A stretch of DNA of 64,000 nt from Candidatus Moraniibacteriota bacterium (GCA_026396175.1 JAPLXG010000013.1:65267-129266), one strand, 5' to 3'; numbered from the stretch's first letter, positions 19,409 through 29,485 are shown. The notes: a model not told the origin generated them from the letters alone. Program-made: numbers and translations.

Positions 19409-20332
19409 TTATTTTAACTTAAGCATCTTATACGCCCCATTGGCAGCAATTGCGCCTTCAGCAGTGGCCGTAATAATTTGGCGAAATTTGTTTGATCCCG
19501 TGGTGATGTCGCCGGCGGCAAACACGCCGGAAATATTTGTGCTCATATCCGCGCTAACTTTAATGTAGCCCTGTTCATCAATTTCCACTCCCAGTGTCCT
19601 TGCTAATTCCACGCCTGGCTCAGAACCGATTTCTACAAACACGCCGTCCACATCCAGATGGTTTTTGTCTTCATAGGCTTTATCCAAAACCACGTTTTCC
19701 ACTTTTTGTTCACCTTTAATTTCGATAATATTGGTATTTCGAATCACTTCAATTTTTGGATTGGCCGCCACCTTTTCGAGCCAAATTGGTTCAGCTGGCA
19801 AACGATCTCCGCGATAAATTAGATAGACCTTGGACGCAAAATCAGTGAGCCCCAGTGCCGAAGTGACCGCCGCGTTTCCGCCACCCACCACGCAAATCAC
19901 TTTGCCGCGAAAAAACATCGCGTCACAGGTCGCACAATAAGAAACTCCTTTGCCGGTCAGTTCCTTTTCTCCAGGAATATTCATTTTGCGATACTCCGTT
20001 CCCATCGCCATAATGACAGCGCGTGTTTTGTGCGTATTTTTTCCTGTCTCCACTTCAAACAGATTTTCCGCGTTTTTTTTCACCGACACAACTGATTCGC
20101 TTTGCGCGGTCACCCCAAGACTTTTGGCGTGCTCCACGAAGCGCGAAAGTAAGTCATATCCAGAAACTGAAATGTCCCCCGGCCAATTTTCCAGATTTCT
20201 TATTTCATTGATTTGCCCACCGATCGTCGCGCCCAAAAGCAAATGATTCAGCTTATACCGCGAAGCATAAATCGAAGCCGCCAGTCCCGCTGGTCCAGCA
20301 CCGATAATGATTAAGTCATATGTTTCTTGCAT
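19409..20332 (-). CDS. trxB: Thioredoxin reductase
   Basis: GAGPAG, SYCATCD, GGGNAA, FAAGD; adjacent to thioredoxin. Confidence 0.93.
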   Translation of the reverse strand: MQETYDLIIIGAGPAGLAASIYASRYKLNHLLLGATIGGQINEIRNLENWPGDISVSGYDLLSRFVEHAKSLGVTAQSESVVSVKKNAENLFEVETGKNTHKTRAVIMAMGTEYRKMNIPGEKELTGKGVSYCATCDAMFFRGKVICVVGGGNAAVTSALGLTDFASKVYLIYRGDRLPAEPIWLEKVAANPKIEVIRNTNIIEIKGEQKVENVVLDKAYEDKNHLDVDGVFVEIGSEPGVELARTLGVEIDEQGYIKVSADMSTNISGVFAAGDITTGSNKFRQIITATAEGAIAANGAYKMLKLK

Positions 20333-20349
20333 AATAGTTTATTTACTTC

Positions 20350-20480
20350 GCAGGAGCGGGTTTATAACCCGCTCCTTTTAGTTTACAAGCTGGCTAATTC
20401 TTGATTTTAGTTTTATATGCCCGAATTCTTAAATTTAAAGTCAGTGAACTATGCGAAACGGGTTACAAACCCGTTCCTGC
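20350..20480. repeat. REPIN-like doublet (GCAGGAGCGGGTT..AACCCGCTCC ... inverse), copy 1
   Basis: Two inverted REP-like hairpins about 130 bp end to end; second copy at 56299-56428. Confidence 0.75.
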
Positions 20481-20496
20481 AAATACACAAACGACA

Positions 20497-20811
20497 TTAC
20501 GCTTTCTCCAACGCATCCTTCAAAACCTCTTTCGCCTGCATTCCCACAAATTCTTGCACGACTTTTCCGCCTTTGAATATTTTTAGCGCGGGAATCGACA
20601 TAATGGCAAAATCTTGCGCTGTTTTGGAATTTTCATCTACATTAATTTTTCCCACCACTGTCTTACCATCAAGTTCCTTGGCCAGTTCTTCAATGATTGG
20701 TCCCATCGCGAGACATGGTCCGCACCAGGGCGCCCAAAAATCCACCAGCACTACTCCGTCATTTTTCAAAACCTCAGCCTCAAAATTTTGATCCGTAAAT
20801 ACTTTTTCCAT
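20497..20811 (-). CDS. trxA: Thioredoxin
   Basis: DFWAPWCGPC. Confidence 0.96.
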   Translation of the reverse strand: MEKVFTDQNFEAEVLKNDGVVLVDFWAPWCGPCLAMGPIIEELAKELDGKTVVGKINVDENSKTAQDFAIMSIPALKIFKGGKVVQEFVGMQAKEVLKDALEKA

Positions 20812-20878
20812 AAATTTAAAAAATTAAAAATTATATTTGTATATTCGTACATTCGTACAAATTCGTAATTCGTAGAGA

Positions 20879-21592
20879 CTAACTACCAAACCGTCTCTGC
20901 CTCCTCGCATACTCCTCCAGCGCTTCTTCAAATTTTTCTGGCGTAAAATCAGGAAATTTTTCGGGAGAAAAAAATAGTTGCGCATCAGCCGTGTCCCACA
21001 TCATAAACCCGGTGCTATTGTGCGGCTCTCCTCCAGTTCTAATCAAATAATCCACAGCGGGAATCCCCGCGGTCATTAAATTTTCTTTAATTATTTCCGT
21101 TGTGATTTTCACCCCTTTTCCACAACTAGCATTAATTTTTTCGATGGCATAGAGCATTTCGTCCGTTCCGCCATAGGCTAACATAAAATTCAAAATTCTT
21201 TTTCGATAATTTTTAGTTTTTTCAATCACCGCGTAAATTATCTGCTTCAAAGAATCAGGAAATTGCTCCTCCCAGCGTCCGATAAAATTCACTTGCACTT
21301 CATTCTCATGGATTTCATTGCCTTCCAGCATTTTGGTGAAATATTTTTTGTAGATTTCCAAAAGGGCTTTTTTTTCTTCCAGTGGTCGTTTGGTCAAATT
21401 ATCAATTGAAGAACCCCAAATCGACAGGCATTTGATCCCTTTTTTGAGCGAGTAACTGATCAGTTTTTCAAAATTTTCCGCTCCCGCCTCATGCCCCTTC
21501 CACGCTGGCAGTCCCCGCTCCCGCGCCCAACGCCGATTAGCATCAGGAATAATCGCGATATGCCCCGGTAAATTTTCCGCCATATTTTCCAT
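20879..21592 (-). CDS. uppS: cis-prenyltransferase (undecaprenyl diphosphate synthase)
   Basis: HIAIIPDANRRWA, GH..G, D.LIRTGGE. Confidence 0.9.
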   Translation of the reverse strand: MENMAENLPGHIAIIPDANRRWARERGLPAWKGHEAGAENFEKLISYSLKKGIKCLSIWGSSIDNLTKRPLEEKKALLEIYKKYFTKMLEGNEIHENEVQVNFIGRWEEQFPDSLKQIIYAVIEKTKNYRKRILNFMLAYGGTDEMLYAIEKINASCGKGVKITTEIIKENLMTAGIPAVDYLIRTGGEPHNSTGFMMWDTADAQLFFSPEKFPDFTPEKFEEALEEYARRQRRFGS

Positions 21593-21611
21593 AATTCCAA
21601 TAATATTTACT

Positions 21612-22703
21612 TTAAACTTCTCTTTTTATGATATACTCCGCGATGCTCTCCAGGAAATTTTTCGCCTCATTGTTTTTAAACTCAATCTTTTCGAGAGCCA
21701 CCAGAGACTCTGCCACAAATCTTCCTGCCAACCCTTGCGAATACTCCAACGAGCCGGTTTCTCTCACAATCCGGCGAAAAGCCTCCGCCTCTTTCTCGGT
21801 CAAATCTTTTTTTCCAAGCAACCGATTTATCTCTTTGATTTGTTCTTTGGTGCCATTTTTGAGGGCTCTAAAGACCAAAAGCGTCTGCTTCCCTTCTATT
21901 ATATCAGCTCCCACGGATTTGCCTAGCTTTTTCTCATTGCCAAAAACTCCCAAAATATCATCACGAATCTGAAAAGCTTTCCCCACCGGCAACGAATAGG
22001 CGGAAAATGCTTCCAAGAGTTTCCCATTTTTTTTCTGCCCGGCGAGCACTGCTCCCAAATGCAACGGCCCTTCAAAAGTATAGCGCGCTGTTTTGCCTTC
22101 ATGCATCCGCGTGATTTCTTTTTCCGTCGCCGAGCCCTTCGCTCCCATCAAAACATCCAGCATTTCTCCGGGAATAGTTCGCGCCACAATTTTTTGCAAT
22201 TCTCTTAGTGCGTCCAAAATTACCTCCGGTTCAAAATCAATGTCATAGAGAATTTCATCAGCCAGCGCGTGCGCGTAATCACCGGTCGTAATTGCCATCG
22301 AATTGCCGAAATGTGTCGCTTCACTATCTCTCAGTCCCAGTTTTTTGCCCCACTTCTCATAATATTTATGCGCTGTTTCGATTCCATGACGCGTATCATC
22401 CCGATCAATAATATCATCATGAATAAGTAGAAATGCATGCGCCAGTTCTATCGCCGTTGAAGCCTTGATAATTTTTTCACTATCGTTTCCTCCGGCTGCC
22501 AAATAACCATAATAAACCAACGCCGGCCGAATCCTTTTTCCTCCGGAAAGCACGAGCTTTTCAATTATTTTAATGGTTTTTACCAGCAGTGGATCAACTT
22601 TTTCCGCTTGAGCAATTTTCCACAAAAAAAACTCTTTCAAATGAGGATCGAGCCGTTTTTTGTAGGCGGTGAGCATTTCAATGGCTTGCAGCTTGTTTTC
22701 CAT
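21612..22703 (-). CDS. trans-polyprenyl diphosphate synthase (GGPP synthase-like)
   Basis: GGKRIRP, LIHDDIIDRD, KTA, FQIRDD. Confidence 0.92.
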   Translation of the reverse strand: MENKLQAIEMLTAYKKRLDPHLKEFFLWKIAQAEKVDPLLVKTIKIIEKLVLSGGKRIRPALVYYGYLAAGGNDSEKIIKASTAIELAHAFLLIHDDIIDRDDTRHGIETAHKYYEKWGKKLGLRDSEATHFGNSMAITTGDYAHALADEILYDIDFEPEVILDALRELQKIVARTIPGEMLDVLMGAKGSATEKEITRMHEGKTARYTFEGPLHLGAVLAGQKKNGKLLEAFSAYSLPVGKAFQIRDDILGVFGNEKKLGKSVGADIIEGKQTLLVFRALKNGTKEQIKEINRLLGKKDLTEKEAEAFRRIVRETGSLEYSQGLAGRFVAESLVALEKIEFKNNEAKNFLESIAEYIIKREV

Positions 22704-22872
22704 TCGTTTAGCGCTTAGGTTTATTTTCCAACTTTCATCTTTATAATATACTAAAAAACCAACCGCTTGTCGAGAAGCTGGATTTTATAAAGACTTCCTT
22801 TGCCCCCCCACTATATTCGTAGATTCGCATTCATTCGTAGATTCGCATCGGTCTTTCGTAGTTTCGAATCGG

Positions 22873-23601
22873 TTATCCTAAGTAATGTTCCAAAGTATAA
22901 ATCCAATTTTCATCATTATTCTCCTCTTGATCGCGCGCACGAACTTTTTCGTTCAAAAGCCATTGGAGGTAATTTCGATCCTTCCCCGCAACATCCGCCA
23001 CGCTCATCCCGATATATTTCCCGAAGTTGAATTTTTTGACCAAAACCGGGCGCGCAGAAACATCCAGCATTTCTTGGATTATTATCGCTTCATCCTTCCC
23101 GCCAGTTAACATTTTTTCAAAATAGAAATCAAACAATCTTTCCAAAACGCGGATATCCCCCAACGCGTCATGCGCCTGGGCATTCGGCACTTCCAAGTCA
23201 TGATAGTAGCGCAAATATTGCAGCGCGTATTTGGGAATTTCTCCGGAAGCGTCAAGATATTGCGCCAATTTGAAAGTATCGATCAAATTTTTCGGTTCCA
23301 GTTTTTCGCGCTTGAGCATCTCTGCGTCAAACCCGGCGTTATGCGCAACCAAAATGTGATCACCGGAAAAAATTTCCGCTAACTTTTTATGCATCGCAGA
23401 GTCTAAAAATAATTCTTTATCCGCCACCATTTTATTCGTGATATGCGCCACCGCCATCGCGTCAATACTAATCGGCACCGGCGGCTTAAAAAGCGCTTCG
23501 TTTTCCGCATCTTGAAATTTATAGGCCACTTGGCATAAACGATCATCCGGCCCAATCCCGGTCGTTTCAGTGTCGAGAAATATCAAATGCGATTTGTTCA
23601 T
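22873..23601 (-). CDS. DEDDh 3'-5' exonuclease (ExoX-like, C-terminal FGKY domain)
   Basis: LDTETTG, AHNAGFD, AHDALGD, FGKY.G...YLQWL. Confidence 0.9.
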   Translation of the reverse strand: MNKSHLIFLDTETTGIGPDDRLCQVAYKFQDAENEALFKPPVPISIDAMAVAHITNKMVADKELFLDSAMHKKLAEIFSGDHILVAHNAGFDAEMLKREKLEPKNLIDTFKLAQYLDASGEIPKYALQYLRYYHDLEVPNAQAHDALGDIRVLERLFDFYFEKMLTGGKDEAIIIQEMLDVSARPVLVKKFNFGKYIGMSVADVAGKDRNYLQWLLNEKVRARDQEENNDENWIYTLEHYLG

Positions 23602-23676
23602 TTATTTTTTGAAAGTTATTTTTTAGTCTACAATGTGTTATGTGATGTCATTTTTTTATTCCTTATTGTAATTTTC

Positions 23677-23693
23677 TCAATCCGCTTTTTTAT
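23677..23693. repeat. Left 17-bp arm of the inverted repeat bounding the defence cassette (partner 28614-28630)
   Basis: tcaatccgcttttttat / ataaaaaagcggattga are exact reverse complements. Confidence 0.75.
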
Positions 23694-23772
23694 TCAAATT
23701 GTAAATAAGTTTTTTTGATTTTGGTTTTGGGCAGAGGGGTAGGGGTGAATGCCCAAAATCAAAAACTCCTTG

Positions 23773-24390
23773 CTACTTCTTTTTTAAAATAATTTTTCCT
23801 CTCGTTTTTCTATTCTCATCGTTTCCGTAAAAGCCACTAATCTCTTTTGGCTTACACTCTTCAAAATTAAGAATGGCAAAGCCACAATGTCCCACAAAAC
23901 CAGTATTTGCTAGGTCTGTTTCTGTCGGGTTATTTGTATATTTATAACCCAAAATCCATTCTTCTTTATTGTTTTGATTTTTTTCAAAATAATTAGAGGA
24001 GCTTTTAAATTTTGATTGATCAAAATTGCCAGAGTATATAAAACCGCCATCTGTCTTTTTGATTTCTATTTTGCCGATTCCTTTGGTATTGTATTGTGAA
24101 TTTTCCCAATCATATTTATAAGAACTAGAATATTCCATTTCCCATTTTCCCGTGATGTCTGGATATTCTTGAAATCCAATGAATATAAATATTTTTTTGA
24201 TTAACCAATGCTTATTCCATAAATATTTTTCGTAAATAAAATTTAGAAAATAAAGAATCAAAAAAATTATAGCCGAGACGATGCTGTATTTCCAGAAATT
24301 TAGCCTGGGAAATCTATTGCTTACTGCATAAAATGCAAAAGTCAATAATACAGATATCGAAACAATTTTTTTCAAATCTAATTTTGTCAT
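23773..24390 (-). CDS. CBASS effector, Cap15-like (two TM helices plus beta-strand-rich domain)
   Basis: Two N-terminal TM helices then PDITGKW, Y.Y.N.P, H.G...L, .G.Y....R...G.I; ATGA overlap with the CD-NTase stop. Confidence 0.8.
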   Translation of the reverse strand: MTKLDLKKIVSISVLLTFAFYAVSNRFPRLNFWKYSIVSAIIFLILYFLNFIYEKYLWNKHWLIKKIFIFIGFQEYPDITGKWEMEYSSSYKYDWENSQYNTKGIGKIEIKKTDGGFIYSGNFDQSKFKSSSNYFEKNQNNKEEWILGYKYTNNPTETDLANTGFVGHCGFAILNFEECKPKEISGFYGNDENRKTRGKIILKKK

Positions 24391-25319
24391 AGCTTTTCTA
24401 AAATAAGACCGGCACTTTTTGAGATAAATATTTTTGCATTGTCTAACCCCCATCCATTTTTAGATAAAAACAGTAAGTCTTGACCATTGGCACATTTATA
24501 ATACTGCAATGATCCATTTTCTGAATCGTTAAGTGTATTTTGCAATACATTAATCACGATGCTTTGATAGCTTCCGTTAAATACGGGAGCAGGACAATTA
24601 TAAATCAGATTTTCAATGAAATATGACGGAGCAAGCTTTGCATCCATTTCATTTTTTTCATTTAGTTTTTTTCTGATATTTTTAAAAATTCTTATTGAAT
24701 CTTTAAATTTACCCTCCGTATCGCGATTGAGAGCTTCACAATTTTTTTTATGTTCTTTTGGATAATTTATAATTAAATCATTTGTTTCTGTGTTGTAAAA
24801 TTTTATGCCAGCTACATATTGATCAGTCGTATAAAAAGTAAAACGCCCATACTTTCTGTGATGAAAGGCAGGAATTACATCAGCATTTACGCGTAAAGTA
24901 TTTTTAGGTATTTTTATGCTTTTTCCCCCATACTCAATGGTCGTTCCCGAAAAATATTTTTGCAAAGAAGCATAAACATCTTTTTTGAATTGAGCGAATT
25001 GATATGCGCTTTTATTTGAGTAAAATGAGTGAAAATCTTTCTTTTCTTCTTCTGTTAATTGGTTTATATCATACGAAAATACAGAATTTAATTCAATCAC
25101 CACATCAACATCGCTATCTTCGGTAATATTTGTGCTATTTGCATATGATCCTTGCAGATAAATTTCATAGTTTTCTGCCTTAATTTCATATCCATGATTA
25201 TTTTTTGCAAATTCCGATAAATAAGCCGCCAAAGCTTTTCTAATTTCTTCGTGGGTGTATTTATATTTTGTTGCAGTTGGCGATGAAGCCCATGATTGTA
25301 GTTGTTGCTCCGATATCAT
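24387..25319 (-). CDS. CBASS CD-NTase (cGAS/DncV-like, CdnE-like)
   Basis: LQGSYANSTN..DSDVDV, ADVIPA, NYPKEH, PSYFIENLIYN. Confidence 0.9.
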   Translation of the reverse strand: MISEQQLQSWASSPTATKYKYTHEEIRKALAAYLSEFAKNNHGYEIKAENYEIYLQGSYANSTNITEDSDVDVVIELNSVFSYDINQLTEEEKKDFHSFYSNKSAYQFAQFKKDVYASLQKYFSGTTIEYGGKSIKIPKNTLRVNADVIPAFHHRKYGRFTFYTTDQYVAGIKFYNTETNDLIINYPKEHKKNCEALNRDTEGKFKDSIRIFKNIRKKLNEKNEMDAKLAPSYFIENLIYNCPAPVFNGSYQSIVINVLQNTLNDSENGSLQYYKCANGQDLLFLSKNGWGLDNAKIFISKSAGLILEKL

Positions 25320-25726
25320 ATAGCTCCTTTTATAAATAAACTTAATTTTTCAGCACTTTTGTCAATCCTTTTAAGATCATGCTCCCAAATTCTAAAAATT
25401 TTCCAACCTAATTTTTTATATTGTCTATTAACCTCCTTGTCTCGTTCTTTGTTCCTGTCGATTTTTGTTTCCCAAAATTTTTTTCGAGTTTGAGGCATTG
25501 AACCATGCTTTTTGCATCCGTGCCAAAAACAAGAATCTATAAAAATAACGGTTTTGTGTTTGGGCAAAACAATATCAGGCTTCCCGAAATATTTTGTCGA
25601 ATTTTTACGATAACGAAACCCCGCTTTCCATAATTTTTTCCGAAATTCAATTTCTATCTTACTGTCCTTGCTTCGAACTTTTGACATAATCTCACTGCGT
25701 TTCTTTTTGGAAAAAATATCAGTCAT
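25316..25726 (-). CDS. vsr: Very-short-patch repair endonuclease
   Basis: RSEIMSKVRSKD, GKPDIV, DSCFWHGC, FW..KI..N..RD, IWEHD. Confidence 0.95.
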   Translation of the reverse strand: MTDIFSKKKRSEIMSKVRSKDSKIEIEFRKKLWKAGFRYRKNSTKYFGKPDIVLPKHKTVIFIDSCFWHGCKKHGSMPQTRKKFWETKIDRNKERDKEVNRQYKKLGWKIFRIWEHDLKRIDKSAEKLSLFIKGAI

Positions 25727-25734
25727 GACTGTTT

Positions 25735-26823
25735 TTATTTCAGAAATCTGATTTGTAAATTCAACTTGAAAAACAACTTGCCGTTTTCTTCATACAATTC
25801 ACCATAGCCATATCTGGTCGTGCTTGGTGCGTCAAATTTGGTGTTTTCATACAAATAAGAACGAAATTCATCTCGATTATACAAATGGTAGCATACCACA
25901 TCTCCATTTTCTTTTACCACAATATAGCCTCCTTGCGCTTTCGAAAAACCATCCCATGGTTTGCTGGGCACCATGCCGAGCGCAATCGCATCTAAAAAGT
26001 TTTTTATTTTGTATTCGTAATTCGTGAGCGATAATCCGAATTTTTGTTTCATATCCTCATTTTTGGAAAGCTCTTTTGTTAAATCAGCAACGGTTCTGTG
26101 TGTATTCGAGAAAAAATCCAAAAGCATTTGAGCGATAAATTCCGGCAATGCAGTATCAATCATTTTCATATTGAATTCGAATTGTTCATTTGAAACTCCA
26201 GCATATCTGAAAACCCCGCCCTGTTCCGTGATTTTGCTTACACGATCACGAATTTGCGCATTTGTTTGAATCGCATTAACTTTTGAAAGGTCTCCACTGA
26301 ATTCACTGATTTCATAAATGAAATTTGTTGTTTGTCCCGGGTTTAACAACGTAGAAGCTCCGCCAACCATAGACTTGATGGAAAAACCGAGCATCGGCAT
26401 TGTTTTTGAAATTGTGTCATAAATAATTGCCACCAAATCAGCTTTCTTTGCATTGCTGGCTTTAACTTTTGTGCAAAGCAATTCTTTCATTAATTCTTGC
26501 GCTTCGGGAATATTAAAAGAACGACTTCTTTCGTTTTTTATTTTTTCAAATATTTTCAAAGTTTTTTCCTTGAGTGAGTCATTGTTAAATTCTTTTAACA
26601 ATACGCCTTCCTCGTTGGTTATTAAAACCTTGGTTGCCGACTCAGAAATGTCATAAATTTTAGTTGATTCATCTTTTTCTTCTCTGATAATTTTATGAAA
26701 AACAAAAAACTTACCGTCAATTATTTCAAGATTTTTATCGGCAGCAAAAATCTTTCTTTCCTCTAAAATTTTTAGAAAAGCGTAAAATTCCGACCATTCT
26801 CCTTTGTTATTTCCTGTTTCCAT
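25735..26823 (-). CDS. Type II restriction endonuclease, HpaII family
   Basis: NKGEWSE.Y.F.K, GFSIKS.VG...TLLN, KLNLQIRF C-terminus; lies between a C5 MTase and vsr. Confidence 0.85.
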   Translation of the reverse strand: METGNNKGEWSEFYAFLKILEERKIFAADKNLEIIDGKFFVFHKIIREEKDESTKIYDISESATKVLITNEEGVLLKEFNNDSLKEKTLKIFEKIKNERSRSFNIPEAQELMKELLCTKVKASNAKKADLVAIIYDTISKTMPMLGFSIKSMVGGASTLLNPGQTTNFIYEISEFSGDLSKVNAIQTNAQIRDRVSKITEQGGVFRYAGVSNEQFEFNMKMIDTALPEFIAQMLLDFFSNTHRTVADLTKELSKNEDMKQKFGLSLTNYEYKIKNFLDAIALGMVPSKPWDGFSKAQGGYIVVKENGDVVCYHLYNRDEFRSYLYENTKFDAPSTTRYGYGELYEENGKLFFKLNLQIRFLK

Positions 26824-28486
26824 ATTTTTTTAAAGTTTTAACTATTTCTTCAGCCACCGCTTGAATTGCCGGAACGGCAACTGAATTTCCAAGTTGCTTC
26901 ATGGCCTGAACCGATGAAAAATTTGGTGGAAATTCGTACCAATCGGGAAAACCTTGCATTTTTAATCCCTCTTTCGGTCCAAGCTGAACAATCTTTCCAT
27001 TAACTCTGTAAGCGTCCCAATTTCTGCGATCGGTTATTTTGCTTCCGCGCCCACCGACACGCAATGTAAATCCTATTTCCTTGTCGCATTTTCCATTGAA
27101 AATATCTGACAAGGTATATTTCAATTCCTTGATTGGTTCGGGAAATTTAAAATCTATCGAAGTATCCTTAAAACCAACCATGAAAAGACGAGGACGGTGT
27201 TGAGGTAATCCAAAATCAGAGGCTCTGACAATTTGCGGAAAGAAAGAATATCCCAATTCTTTCGTAATAACCCTTTCTATGGTTTTAAATGTTTTTCCAT
27301 CGTCATGACTTAATAGGCCACGCACATTTTCCAGAAAAAATGCCTTTGGCTTTTTTTCTTTAATTATTTTTACAATATCAAAAAACAAAGTTCCACGAGT
27401 TTCGCTAAATCCTTTTTTGAATCCGGCTTGAGAAAATGGCTGACAAGGAAATCCCGCTGTCAAAATATCAAAATCCGGGATATCTTTTGTTTTAATTTTT
27501 GTAATATCGCCAATGAAATTTCCAGAATCAAACATTTCAGGAGAAATTTTATAAAGATTGTGTCTGTATGTTTTTTGAGCGGGTCCGTCCCATTCTGATA
27601 CGAAGACACATTCCGCTCCTGCATTATGAAATGCAATATGGAAACCGCCAATACCTGCGAATAAATCTATAAATCGCAAATTGTCACTCTTCTTTTTGTT
27701 TTTTGCCATTGAGTTATTATAAAAATATAATTGATTTGCATCTACCAGCAAATCAAACAGGGAGGCTTGCGAGCCTTCCGCCACATATTCCGTGTTTGTT
27801 AATTCCACATTCTTCAAGTCACCAAGTATGCTATGCACCCCGTTTTTTGCAACAATTAAAAAATCGATAACATTTACGCCCATTAATTGCCCGGCTTCAA
27901 TTATCCTTTTTGCGACCTGCTTGTCCTGCTCACTTGGTTTCGGATCACCTGATGGGTGATTGTGAATAAGAATTACACCCGCTGCGTGCATTTCCAATCC
28001 GGGGGCAAAAATTTCTCGCGGGTGAATAATGCTTTTGTCCAATGTTCCGATTGAAATGGTTTCTTTTTTTATCAGAGCGTTACGTGCGTTCAAATAAAGA
28101 CAAATGAGATGTTCTTGTTTCTTGTCTTTTAAGTCCAAAACAAGATTAATGGCGTCTTGTGCTGACAAAATTAAATTATCCAAAGAATTTTGTTTGTTAA
28201 AAATTCTTCCGGTTAATGCGAGTGCTGATGAAATCTGCAACGCCTTCGCTTGTCCTATTCCTGAAATTTTCATTAAATCAGCAACTGAAACATTTAATAA
28301 ATTATCTCCAAATTTTTTGATAATCTTTTGTGATAATACTTTTACATTAGTGCCTTTAATCCCACTGCCAAGCAAAATAGCCAAAAGCTCGCTATCAGTT
28401 AAAGCATCCGGTCCTTTTTCCAGAAATTTTTCTCTGGGGCGATCAAATTTTGGTATATCTTTAATTTTAGGCATATTTGATGACAT
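26807..28486 (-). CDS. Fusion: RadC (HhH + JAB/MPN) - DNA cytosine-5 methyltransferase
   Basis: N-half RPREK..ELLAILL, GIG.AKA, HPREIF, HNHPSG..PS..D; C-half FAGIGG, GFPCQPFS, ENV, Q.R.R, GNSV. Confidence 0.9.
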   Translation of the reverse strand: MSSNMPKIKDIPKFDRPREKFLEKGPDALTDSELLAILLGSGIKGTNVKVLSQKIIKKFGDNLLNVSVADLMKISGIGQAKALQISSALALTGRIFNKQNSLDNLILSAQDAINLVLDLKDKKQEHLICLYLNARNALIKKETISIGTLDKSIIHPREIFAPGLEMHAAGVILIHNHPSGDPKPSEQDKQVAKRIIEAGQLMGVNVIDFLIVAKNGVHSILGDLKNVELTNTEYVAEGSQASLFDLLVDANQLYFYNNSMAKNKKKSDNLRFIDLFAGIGGFHIAFHNAGAECVFVSEWDGPAQKTYRHNLYKISPEMFDSGNFIGDITKIKTKDIPDFDILTAGFPCQPFSQAGFKKGFSETRGTLFFDIVKIIKEKKPKAFFLENVRGLLSHDDGKTFKTIERVITKELGYSFFPQIVRASDFGLPQHRPRLFMVGFKDTSIDFKFPEPIKELKYTLSDIFNGKCDKEIGFTLRVGGRGSKITDRRNWDAYRVNGKIVQLGPKEGLKMQGFPDWYEFPPNFSSVQAMKQLGNSVAVPAIQAVAEEIVKTLKKYGNRK

Positions 28487-28613
28487 AAAACTTAACTGCC
28501 TGTATTATACCTTAAATAAATATAAAATAAAAATCGCTTTTTCTGCGCCTTTCAATAGCAGAAAAACACCCTAAACCACTCATAAAAGATAAAAAAACTT
28601 ATTTTTCCTTATT

Positions 28614-28630
28614 ATAAAAAAGCGGATTGA
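28614..28630. repeat. Right arm of the defence-cassette inverted repeat
   Basis: Exact reverse complement of 23677-23693. Confidence 0.75.
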
Positions 28631-28725
28631 TAAAAAATATAAAAAGTAAAAAAAATATTTATCCGCAGTTCTATTATGGCACATTATTTTTTTGTGGTAA
28701 ATAAACAATCTAAAAACTCCCCTCT

Positions 28726-29367
28726 CTATTCTTCTTTATCCGTAAACACCACCAATCGCTGGGGATAACTTTTGGCGTCTTTATTCCAAGCTCCTTCGCA
28801 AGTGATGAGATTGAGGTGCGCTTTCCCATCACTTGAACTAAATATCTCCGAAGCGTCTGCGCCCGGTTCATAGCTTCGACTTTCACGCACCACAAAAGAA
28901 ATACTCGCGCCATCAGCATCTTCGATAGATAATTTATCGCCTTTGCTCAATTTATGCAGATTATCAAACACAGATCCTTTTCCATTTTTCCATGTTCCAT
29001 AATGGCCAGCGATAACCGCGCTGCCATTTTCCCCGGGACGAGTCCCCAGCTTGAACCATCCCACCTCATCCGGACCTTTTGGCGTATCCATTGCTCCGGC
29101 AGAAGTGAGGCCCAGAGATTCAACAGCGGAGTCAACGCCAATCCCGGAGATTTTGAGCCGCACCGGCACACCGACACTTCCTTGTTCTTGTTTTGGAAGA
29201 GTATTGATATTTTCGAGAGGCAACGCTAAACTATTTTGAACCCGTCTATCCCCGAGCGGCCGAATAAAGTAAAACAAAAATACGGCAAACAATACCGCTC
29301 CCGCGAAATTAACTGCTAACAATATTCGTCCAGTTAAGTTTTTTGATGAATACATAAATAATCTCAA
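28726..29367 (-). CDS. Sortase, class F-like
   Basis: N-terminal TM; PG..G.AVIAGH, LNLITC, RLVV catalytic H/C/R pattern. Confidence 0.88.
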   Translation of the reverse strand: MRLFMYSSKNLTGRILLAVNFAGAVLFAVFLFYFIRPLGDRRVQNSLALPLENINTLPKQEQGSVGVPVRLKISGIGVDSAVESLGLTSAGAMDTPKGPDEVGWFKLGTRPGENGSAVIAGHYGTWKNGKGSVFDNLHKLSKGDKLSIEDADGASISFVVRESRSYEPGADASEIFSSSDGKAHLNLITCEGAWNKDAKSYPQRLVVFTDKEE

Positions 29368-29485
29368 AAAAAGTCAAACCAGCTTCGGTCCGACTTTTTT
29401 TGTTTACTAGAAAATCAAGTAGGCAAAAATTTTTAATTTCTCCCAGATCTCAGGCTAAAACAAAAACCGCTTTTATTCTTTTAAG

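Noticed and set aside
22873-23601. DEDDh exonuclease as a CBASS ancillary gene
   Set aside because: It lies outside the inverted-repeat boundary, has backbone-like composition and is separated by about 170 bp.
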